DNA from: an uncultured Gammaproteobacteria bacterium
GTDB taxonomy: Bacteria > Patescibacteriota > Microgenomatia > UBA1406 > GWC2-37-13
NCBI GenBank assembly: GCA_964550105.1
Contig: CAZJWN010000001.1
Location: forward strand, 1,413-65,412
Length of the DNA stretch: 64,000 nt
Reading direction: 5' to 3'
Part shown: one piece after another, positions 36,799 through 44,947 of the stretch
Numbering within the stretch: the stretch's first letter is position 1
Layout of the letters: the number at the start of each line of letters is the position of its first letter
Program-made: the position numbers and the translations under genes
The notes under the pieces: model-generated
Told to the model about the DNA's origin: nothing
The model's input: the letters and a program-made list of their open reading frames with translations, nothing else
Database searches by the model: none

Positions 36799-36860
36799 GG
36801 ATAGATACTATCTTTGGGCGTGCGCTCCCAATGCAGGGAATTTGCGATGCAGAGATTATA

Positions 36861-38648
36861 CTATGCGCGGAGGGCTTTTTCCAGGGCAGCTAGTCGTTTT
36901 TGAGAGTTGACTGAGTCGTCTTCATGACCCAACTCTTCCGTCGATATTGCTGTTTTTAGAGAGTCAGTGGTAGCTATCTTTGCAAACTCGATCACCATCT
37001 TCTCGAAAGACTTCACGCCTACCTCTGCAGTGATCATGGAAGCATATAGATATGTCTCGTGGTATACGTCTTTTAGGTGGGAAGGGATGTTGCCCTCTTG
37101 AAGTGTAGTGGTTGCGGGCTGATCATGAACTAGCTCGACCAAATAGGTATACATCTTCATATATGATGATTGTGTGAAATCAGTTGGGAGCAGATACTGA
37201 GAGGTGATCGCCATGAGCGGTCGTATGTCATCGCTGGTCACAAGAGTTGCGAGAATGAATCGCTGAAGTAGTTCGCGACGAGATCCTGATGCTGCTGGTG
37301 TGTCAGTATTTTCGATAATAGCCATTTTGGGGACTTTACGCTTTTTCCTGATCGATAAGATCACTGAGTTTACACTTTCCATACCTACATCCATGATCTG
37401 GGCTATTTTTTTGATGTAGTGTTGTTTCACTATCGGATTTTGTATCGGTTCGATATAGGGGATCACTGTTTCGGCAAAGGTATTTTTCGAAAATGGATCA
37501 GATAGATTGAGTGATTTTGATTGAAGTTCAATGACATAGTCATATATCGTGACGATGTCTTCGAGCGATCGCTTAAATGCAGGAAAGTCATGACGCACTG
37601 CCTCGTCAGGGTCCTTTCCCCCAGGTATGCGACAGACATACATTTCAAAATCATATCCCTCTGCAGCCAAGGCAGTTTTTTTTAGTGCATCTATTCCTGC
37701 TGCATCTGCATCAAGTGCAAAGATCAATTTTTGACAATATCTGCGAAGGATTTTCAGTTGTTCCTCCGTGAAAGCTGAGCCTTTGATGGCTACGATATTT
37801 TCGATGCCATGGCTATACGGCGTGATCATGTCAAACTCACCTTCAACTACGATGACGCTCCCGGACTTGCGTATCGCCTCCTTTGCTTTGTGGATGCCAT
37901 ACAAGCTCTCTCTCTTGTGGTAGACGAGTGTCTCAGGTGTGTTGACATATTTTGCCGCTTCTACACCATCTCCCGCTGGTTTGATCAGACGGCCTGAAAA
38001 ACCGATTGTGTCATTTTGTGCGTTATAGATAGGAAACATGAGTCTCCCGCGAAATCGGTCATACAGCCCTCGTTGACCTTCAACAAATAGTCCTGACCCT
38101 ATGAGCGAAGCATCGCTGAACTTTTTTTTGCGGAGATACTGCAATAGATTGTCCCAACTATCAGGTGCATATCCCAGCACAAAAGCATCTCTTGTCCGAT
38201 CATTGACCTGTCTGTCTCCAAGATATGTTCGGGCGATAGCACCGACGGGTGACTGCGTCAGGATATAGTGATAATATTTTGCCGCCAGATCGTTGATTTC
38301 AAGTATTGCTTTTTTATGTAGAGTATCTGTGTCTGATGCTGAAATCGTACTCGACAGCTCATGCGGAGGTATCCCGGCCTGCTTGCCCAACTCAAGTATC
38401 GCTTCTGGAAAAGTGGTGTGGTGATATTTCATCACAAACGAGAAGATGTCTCCCCCTTCATGACATGACCCAAAACAATGCCACCGTTGTCTCTCTGGTG
38501 ACACGACAAATGATGGAGTTTTTTCTTGATGAAATGGACAGGGAGCCTTGAAGTACTTCCCCATTTTCTTTAAAGTCACTACAGAGCCGACAACATCAAC
38601 GATATCGAGCGTCTCTCTGATCCGATCAATCACCTCTTTGCTTGCCAT
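36861..38648 (-). CDS. dnaG: DNA primase DnaG
   Basis: Zinc finger [25 protein letters not shown], RNA-polymerase core, and TOPRIM segment VVEGEFDMI...LDADAAG. ATG at 38648 ([10 protein letters not shown]...) is preferred; the ORF is open to 38813. Confidence 0.9.
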   Translation of the reverse strand: [595 protein letters not shown]

Positions 38649-38788
38649 GTATGTGCAGATTTTACCATGAGAACCGTCGCGGAATACGAGTGAGTCAAAG
38701 AAAGCATCAGCCTCGGGCTCAATATACCCTTGATCATACATGTGATCTTTGTCTTGTATTTCGATCTGCTTTGTTCTACTATGTGGAT

Positions 38789-40315
38789 ATGTTGTATGTT
38801 TTTGTTGAACCAAAGCAGATCAAGATCGTCAGTGTCAAAAAAGGTCTTCTTGGCTCTGTAGAGACTACATGGACTACGTACACACCCTCGAAAAAGATCA
38901 GCGATGAGGAAACTTTAGTCGGTACAGAAGTGATAGTAGATGTTTTGAGAAGCGCGATTGAAACTCTTCCCAAGAAAAACAGTGAGGACCAGCTCGTCAT
39001 CGTGCTCGAGCATACTCTCTACGGTTTCGCACGGATTGAGATCCCTGGCGATGTACAAAAGACAGCATACAATGACTTTGTCCGGGAAAAACTCCACTCG
39101 GTGTATAAAAAGAAACTGAGTGAGTACCATGTCGACTTTTTCATCGCCCAATATGATGGACGTACCACGGCGTTTGCATATTCCATACCACAAAAAACAC
39201 TTCAAACACTGAAGGAGGCCACAGAGACTCTTGAGCTTGTCGGTGAGGCAGTCGTCCCAGAACAGCTGGCTTACTATACCTTGTTTGAAAAGACAGTCCG
39301 TTTCGATAAGCGTGAAAACATCTTGTACGCGATATATGACACTGATATTCTCAAGGGATTCTTCTTTGATACATTTGGTCCGGTTGAGGAACCAAAACCA
39401 TGGCGACTGGTAGATATTGACGCCAAAGATCTTGAGTCAAAACTCAGGGAAAAAGCAGAAAAGTCCACTGCTGATGGTTTCAAGCTCAACAGGGTGATCC
39501 TTTCGGGGAGCGCGACTGAGAAGATACGCCAGGATACATTTACCAAAAATGTAGGTGTCTGGACCAATCCACTCAAGCGTATCGTACCGAACTTTTATCA
39601 TGAGTATATGACCCAGATCCATGGCAAGTCAGCGACTGACATGCTCCCTATTTTGACTTATGACATGCTTTTGGGCGCATACATCTGTCATGCTGAGAAT
39701 AAATCATTTGCATTTGGTAAAATTGGCACATCCCAAAAGACTATTGCGTATAAACAAACCGTTACTAGTTCGGCCACCCCATCCAAACCTATGGTTCAAA
39801 TCTCCGAGACAAACCAATCACGCAAATCTATACCATTCATGAGAGAAATTGTGTTATTTTTGGTGATATTTGGCGTTGTGTTTTCGGCATTGTATTTCCT
39901 CCTCCAAGGCAAAACGGGAACGGGTGTGAACTTGCCTTCGTTCTTAGCAACCGCCAGTCCAACGCTTACGCCTACGCTCGAGCCGACGGTAGCTCCTCCA
40001 ACACCTACACCTACTGTTGAGGTGAAGCGAGATGAAATCAAAGTAAGAGTACTAAATGGCACCGGTGTGAGTGGTCAAGCGGCAGGTATTAGTCAACTAC
40101 TTTCCAAAAAAGGCTACACCTCGGTAGCGCTTGGTAACGCATCGAGTTTTGACTACACCGTGTCTGAAGTGAATATCAATGCAGACAAGATGGAGTTGCT
40201 CAAAGGTACGATCATAGAAGACATCAAAGACAGTGTGGTCAAGCCGAAGATCGGTGAACTCGAGGCTACTGATACGGTCGATGTCGAGATCATACTTGGT
40301 ACAGACGCGAACTGA
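38789..40315 (+). CDS. Membrane protein with a cytoplasmic PilM/FtsA-like N-terminal region, one TM, a Pro/Thr linker and a C-terminal LytR_C domain
   Basis: TM segment EIVLFLVIFGVVFSALYFLL, linker ATASPTLTPTLEPTVAPPTPTPTV, and a LytR_C-type tail KVRVLNGTGVSGQAAGISQLLSKKGYTSVALGNAS...VEIILGTD. ATG at 38789 is preferred. The N-terminal fold call is tentative. Confidence 0.6.
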   Translation: MLYVFVEPKQIKIVSVKKGLLGSVETTWTTYTPSKKISDEETLVGTEVIVDVLRSAIETLPKKNSEDQLVIVLEHTLYGFARIEIPGDVQKTAYNDFVREKLHSVYKKKLSEYHVDFFIAQYDGRTTAFAYSIPQKTLQTLKEATETLELVGEAVVPEQLAYYTLFEKTVRFDKRENILYAIYDTDILKGFFFDTFGPVEEPKPWRLVDIDAKDLESKLREKAEKSTADGFKLNRVILSGSATEKIRQDTFTKNVGVWTNPLKRIVPNFYHEYMTQIHGKSATDMLPILTYDMLLGAYICHAENKSFAFGKIGTSQKTIAYKQTVTSSATPSKPMVQISETNQSRKSIPFMREIVLFLVIFGVVFSALYFLLQGKTGTGVNLPSFLATASPTLTPTLEPTVAPPTPTPTVEVKRDEIKVRVLNGTGVSGQAAGISQLLSKKGYTSVALGNASSFDYTVSEVNINADKMELLKGTIIEDIKDSVVKPKIGELEATDTVDVEIILGTDAN

Positions 40316-40458
40316 TTCACCCCCAATCGTTTGCGTGTCTGGCGGCCGTTACTTAGCGACCATGTGCGGGATTATTGAGATCATCATGACTCACAGAGCT
40401 CCCGATTCATATCTTCCGATAGTCACAAGTTCGAGGTCGTGATATACTTTGCTCACAT

Positions 40459-41463
40459 ATGTCTTCCCTTTCTGACAGCCTCAAAGCCATACTCGCCCAC
40501 GTAAACATCCCTTCGAAAAAAGAACAGATAAAGATACTTGAGGCACTGACATACAATGCTGATTTTTGGGCTGATCCTCAAAAATCTGCAGAAACCATGA
40601 AGGAGATCAATAATCTCAAAAAAACAGTAGATGAGGTGGAGATGATGCAGATCCTCATGGAGGAGGGACAGGAAAAAGAAGCTGAGCCACTCATACAGGC
40701 GTACGAGGTACGCCTTTTCTTATCAGGACCACATGATGCGGGCGGGTGTATCTTTTCGATACATTCAGGTCAGGGCGGAACTGAGGCTATGGACTGGGCT
40801 TCTATCTTGTATCGTATGTATTCGCGGTACATCGAGTTAAAGGGGTGGTCGACAGAGACGCTTGATTGGGTAGATGGAGAGGAAGCTGGTGTCAAAGAGG
40901 TTACTATGAACGTACATGGTGAGTTTGCATATGGGATGCTCAAGTGTGAAGCGGGCGTCCATCGCCTGGTCAGACTATCCCCTTTCAATGCTGATAGCTT
41001 GAGACAGACTTCGTTTGCACTCGTTGAGGTTCTGCCGATAGTCCAGAATACCGAAGTCGACATCAAAGAATCTGATCTTGAATGGGAATTCTTTCGGGCT
41101 GGGGGACACGGTGGTCAGAATGTCAACAAAGTTTCCTCTGCAGTCAGACTGCTCCACAAACCATCGCAGATCATCGTCACTTGCCAGACCGAAAGAGAAC
41201 AACGTCAAAACCGTGACACTGCGCTCAAGATACTCAGATCCAAACTATGGCAAAGACAGCAAGATGAGCATGCTTCTGAACAGGCAAGTTTCAAGACTGA
41301 GAAAATCGCAGGCTGGGGACGTCAAATACGGTCCTATGTATTGCATCCGTATCGGATGGTCAAAGACCTGCGGACTGAATACGAGACATCTGATACGGTT
41401 GGAGTGCTCGATGGCAAGATTGATCCATTTATCGAGGCTTACCTCAAAAAACCTGCGAAATAA
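40459..41463 (+). CDS. prfB: Peptide chain release factor 2, encoded in a single frame with no programmed +1 frameshift
   Basis: SPF tripeptide (RLSPFN), GGQ motif ([17 protein letters not shown]), and [10 protein letters not shown]. The codon region equivalent to the E. coli CUU-UGA-C shift site reads CTT TCT GAC. Confidence 0.92.
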   Translation: MSSLSDSLKAILAHVNIPSKKEQIKILEALTYNADFWADPQKSAETMKEINNLKKTVDEVEMMQILMEEGQEKEAEPLIQAYEVRLFLSGPHDAGGCIFSIHSGQGGTEAMDWASILYRMYSRYIELKGWSTETLDWVDGEEAGVKEVTMNVHGEFAYGMLKCEAGVHRLVRLSPFNADSLRQTSFALVEVLPIVQNTEVDIKESDLEWEFFRAGGHGGQNVNKVSSAVRLLHKPSQIIVTCQTEREQRQNRDTALKILRSKLWQRQQDEHASEQASFKTEKIAGWGRQIRSYVLHPYRMVKDLRTEYETSDTVGVLDGKIDPFIEAYLKKPAK

Positions 41464-41590
41464 TTAAGAAGTATTTTGTCCGAAATGAGAGCGTTTGCTT
41501 GCTACTTGTAGCTTGTAGCTACCTAGGTCATATCAACTCAGGTTATCTCCCCTTCCATCTCGTGACATTTTTTGATATGCTTATTGCATC

Positions 41591-42079
41591 ATGATATCCG
41601 ATTCATCAACGAATCATATTCATCCTATCAATACTGAAGCTGATCAGCCTATCAGCGCAATACCTATGAGTCCATCTGTGTCCAAATCAATCATGTTATT
41701 CGTGCTCATTGGATCGCTCGTGCTCGGTGCATTTACGGGTTGGACTGCATACCGTATCAATACCAAAAAAGCGGTGACCGATACGCAAAAGCCCGGGACA
41801 AATACGGTCCAAAAAACTACCAATGTCAATCAGACTGGTGTCGTTGACAAAAAAACGTTTAAAGATACTGCAACTGGTATCCTTCGCGTAGGAGGAATAG
41901 AAGGTGAGGGTAGCCATCAACTTGAAAGAGGTGCTAAAGACCAAACCGCATATCTCACATCAAGCGTGCTAGATCTGTCAAAGTTTGAAGGGAAAAAAGT
42001 CCAGGTGTGGGGAGCTACATACAAAGGACAAAAGGCGGGTTGGCTCATGGACGTTGGCTTGATTGAGGCGATCAAATAA
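41591..42079 (+). CDS. Hypothetical single-pass membrane protein; first gene of the ftsEX-linked operon
   Basis: 162 aa. TM segment IMLFVLIGSLVLGAFTGWTAY followed by a soluble domain of about 100 aa. No recognisable motif. Confidence 0.5.
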   Translation: MISDSSTNHIHPINTEADQPISAIPMSPSVSKSIMLFVLIGSLVLGAFTGWTAYRINTKKAVTDTQKPGTNTVQKTTNVNQTGVVDKKTFKDTATGILRVGGIEGEGSHQLERGAKDQTAYLTSSVLDLSKFEGKKVQVWGATYKGQKAGWLMDVGLIEAIK

Positions 42080-42083
42080 CCAT

Positions 42084-42767
42084 ATGATTTCGTTTCACAA
42101 TGTCACCATATCATTTGGCAATGGAGTGACCGCCCTGAGCGGAGTGTCTTTTGAGATACCCAAAAATGACTTCGTCTTTCTTGTCGGCCAATCTGGGGCT
42201 GGTAAAAGTACCGTACTCAACTCCATCATGGGATCGCATCGACCCAAGTCTGGCACGATCGAGGTGGGTTCTTCTGGTACCAAGGTGGGGCGTATCGGAG
42301 GAAAAAAGCTTGCCATGCTGAGACAAGAAATCGGTTTTGTGTTTCAAGACTTCAAGATCATTCCCCACAAAAATGTCTTTGAAAATGTATTGGTTGCCCT
42401 GACGATCAAAGGCATATCTCCATCTTTTTACCAGCCAGAAGTCATGTCAGTCCTCCACAGCGTAGGTCTAGAGAACCGCGTATTTGAGTTCCCTTCTCAG
42501 CTATCGGCTGGAGAGCAGCAGCGCGTTGCGATCGCGCGTGCACTCGCTGGAGGTAGACAAATCATCTTGGCTGATGAGCCTACCGGCAACCTAGATCCAA
42601 AAACTACGTGGGAAATCATGCGCATATTCACGAGTCTCGCTGGACAGCGTACAGTCATGATTGCCACTCACAACAATGACGTGGTAAATAGTCTAAAAAA
42701 GCGCATCATCACCCTTGAGCAGGGCCACATCATATCTGACATCGCCAATTTGCCTACCAAATCATGA
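42084..42767 (+). CDS. ftsE: Cell division ATP-binding protein FtsE
   Basis: Walker A GQSGAGKST, signature LSAGEQQRVAIARAL, Walker B ILADEPTGNLD. Directly followed by ftsX. ATG at 42084 is preferred over TTG at 42063. Confidence 0.88.
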   Translation: MISFHNVTISFGNGVTALSGVSFEIPKNDFVFLVGQSGAGKSTVLNSIMGSHRPKSGTIEVGSSGTKVGRIGGKKLAMLRQEIGFVFQDFKIIPHKNVFENVLVALTIKGISPSFYQPEVMSVLHSVGLENRVFEFPSQLSAGEQQRVAIARALAGGRQIILADEPTGNLDPKTTWEIMRIFTSLAGQRTVMIATHNNDVVNSLKKRIITLEQGHIISDIANLPTKS

Positions 42768-43660
42768 AAGAGTCCCTCATCAACATCCGACGCACTCCGT
42801 TTCAATCGATGAGCATGCTCATGATCCAAGTGTTTGTAACATTTCTCATACTAGTTGTGAGCACGGGGACCATGTTTATACTCTCGACCCTCAACTCAGT
42901 GGAATCAGAACCCAAAATCATAGTGTATTTTCAGCCAAGTACCCCTGAGGCAGATATATTTCGTATTCGTGAGTTTCTTGCAGGATCTGATAAAGCCGCT
43001 GATATCACCTACATAAACAAAGAACAGGCATACGAAATATATCGGCAGCAGGCGGGAGCAAATCAACTCCTGATCGAAGATACTTCACCTGATATATTTC
43101 CGCCATCACTTGAAATCAAGGCGAAAAATGCCGCCTATCTTGAGGAGATGTCGACATACTTGAAAAAGCAAGCTGGTGTAGACGAAGTCCAATATCAAAA
43201 AGCCACCATCACTCGCCTCCTTTCAATCACTTCAATCATCCGCAATAGCACCATGATATTTGTGGGATATCTCGCACTCATGACTACGTTGATTCTTGCA
43301 ACCATGATCTCATTCAAGATCGCGATGCGCAAAGAAGAGATTGAGATATTTGAACTACTGGGGGCTACCACAGGTTATATCACTAAGCCATTTTTCTTGG
43401 AAAGCTACTTGGTGACGACTTTTTCCACTCTGATTGGCTGTGGGCTCTTTGGGCTCGGACTCGCCTATATGTATGAAGGCATGGTGTCATATCTAAAAGG
43501 CATCACCACACTCACCCTGGTCATCCGTGAGTTCACCCTAGTCATTTGGCCTCTCAATGTGACTTTCATTGCGGTTGTCTGCGTATGTACCTGGCTGCTC
43601 ATGATGATTATCAGCGGTATCTCTACCAAAATAGCTACACAAAAGTTCTTGATTCGGTGA
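42764..43660 (+). CDS. ftsX: Cell division permease FtsX
   Basis: 298 aa. N-terminal TM, an extracytoplasmic domain (IVYFQPSTPEADIFRIREFL...SLEIKAKN) and a C-terminal 3-TM FtsX domain (EIEIFELLGAT.GYI). Overlaps ftsE by 4 nt. Confidence 0.88.
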   Translation: MKESLINIRRTPFQSMSMLMIQVFVTFLILVVSTGTMFILSTLNSVESEPKIIVYFQPSTPEADIFRIREFLAGSDKAADITYINKEQAYEIYRQQAGANQLLIEDTSPDIFPPSLEIKAKNAAYLEEMSTYLKKQAGVDEVQYQKATITRLLSITSIIRNSTMIFVGYLALMTTLILATMISFKIAMRKEEIEIFELLGATTGYITKPFFLESYLVTTFSTLIGCGLFGLGLAYMYEGMVSYLKGITTLTLVIREFTLVIWPLNVTFIAVVCVCTWLLMMIISGISTKIATQKFLIR

Positions 43661-43715
43661 TTAGAAAGGTATTTTCAAAGTTGTCTTTCTTGGCTATATA
43701 TGCTACTGTGATGGG

Positions 43716-44945
43716 GTGAAACTCGCGCAACTATTTCTTCTTGCTACTGTTTTCCTCAGGATGATCCTGAGTTCTGTCCCCGCTCACGCACAAGAGAATA
43801 CGCCTACCCCAAGCATAGTGCCAAGTCCGACCAGTCCCACGGCAGAAGAGCAGTCAAAACTTGAAAACAAAATAAACGAGTATCAAAAGCAACTTGACGA
43901 GGCGCGTTCAAAGCGAAGTACCTTGGCCGGTGAGCTGCAGTATCTCGATACACAGGCATACATCACCCAGCTGCGTATTGAAAAACTTGAGGCCCAGGTC
44001 ATCAGTATTCAGAATGAAGTCGAGTTGCTCGGTGAAAGAATAGAGTCGCTCGACGGCAAGCTTGATCTGCAGCTGAAAAGCTTCTTAGATACGGCGCGTG
44101 AGAGGTACAAGAAAAGATCAGTGACTATCTTGGACTACCTACTTGGAGCAGAAAATGCAACGGATCTGCTCACATCGCTCAAATACCACCAAGTAGCGGA
44201 AGCGCGTGCACAGGCAATAGTTCTACAAACTGAGGAAACAAAACAAAACTTCGAAGAGCAAAAACAGCTACGCGAAAAGAGAAAGGAAGAGCTTGCAGAA
44301 ACACAATCACAACTGCAAGCTCAAAAAAATGATCTGCTCAGTCAACAGCAGTCAAAGCGAGTGCTGATATCGGTCACGCGTAATCAAGAGTCCGAGTATC
44401 AAGCCAAAATTGCCGAAGCACGTTTACAGATACAATCACTCAAAAGCTTCCGTATCTCCACGGGCGCTGATGTGATTGCGGCCGGTAGTTTGGGCACAGG
44501 CGAAGGCGGATATTACTACTCGCAGCGTGATGCACGGTGGGCCGGTATACAGATGGGCAATTCGAATGAATCAGTACTTGACGTTGGATGTTTCATCACT
44601 TCGCTATCGATGGTGCTCACCTACTATGGACACACGACTACCCCAGTCTTTTTTGCATCCAATCCACAATATTTTTTACCATATAGTGCCTGGGCATATA
44701 CTCCAGGAGTATTCAACGGATCCTGGCCGGGTGGTCTGAACTATCGTGAGATCCCCAACTCTGAAATTGATGGATTTCTATCTCGAGGTATACCAGTCAT
44801 CAGCTCTGTGCGTGGACAGAGTCACTATGTCGTGCTGAAGAAAAAAGTTGACGGTGAATATATTATGAACGATCCGATCTATGGACCTGATTTGAAACTC
44901 TCGCAGTATTACTCATTGTCGGGACGTGCTGCAGTGTTTGAGTAA
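43716..44945 (+). CDS. Secreted coiled-coil protein with a C-terminal papain-fold (Peptidase_C39_2-like) cysteine peptidase domain; a PcsB/EnvC-type FtsEX partner candidate
   Basis: Signal peptide MKLAQLFLLATVFLRMILSSVPAHA. About 230 aa of heptad-rich, Q/E/K/L-rich sequence. C-terminus YYYSQRDARWAG...VGCFITSLSMVLTYYGH...SHYVVLKK..NDP gives candidate Gln/Cys/His/Asp residues. GTG start. Confidence 0.7.
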   Translation: MKLAQLFLLATVFLRMILSSVPAHAQENTPTPSIVPSPTSPTAEEQSKLENKINEYQKQLDEARSKRSTLAGELQYLDTQAYITQLRIEKLEAQVISIQNEVELLGERIESLDGKLDLQLKSFLDTARERYKKRSVTILDYLLGAENATDLLTSLKYHQVAEARAQAIVLQTEETKQNFEEQKQLREKRKEELAETQSQLQAQKNDLLSQQQSKRVLISVTRNQESEYQAKIAEARLQIQSLKSFRISTGADVIAAGSLGTGEGGYYYSQRDARWAGIQMGNSNESVLDVGCFITSLSMVLTYYGHTTTPVFFASNPQYFLPYSAWAYTPGVFNGSWPGGLNYREIPNSEIDGFLSRGIPVISSVRGQSHYVVLKKKVDGEYIMNDPIYGPDLKLSQYYSLSGRAAVFE

Positions 44946-44947
44946 AC

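Noticed and set aside
38642-38813. Overlapping N-terminal extensions of the divergent dnaG (to 38813) and LytR_C-protein (from 38642) ORFs.
   Set aside because: The extensions would make the two divergent genes overlap by 172 nt, and they encode Cys/Arg-rich non-conserved peptides. Internal ATGs give canonical N-termini ([10 protein letters not shown]... for DnaG) and a normal divergent promoter spacer.
40459-40540. Possible programmed +1 frameshift site in prfB.
   Set aside because: There is no in-frame TGA and no CTT TGA C motif. The whole RF2 is read in one frame from the ATG at 40459.
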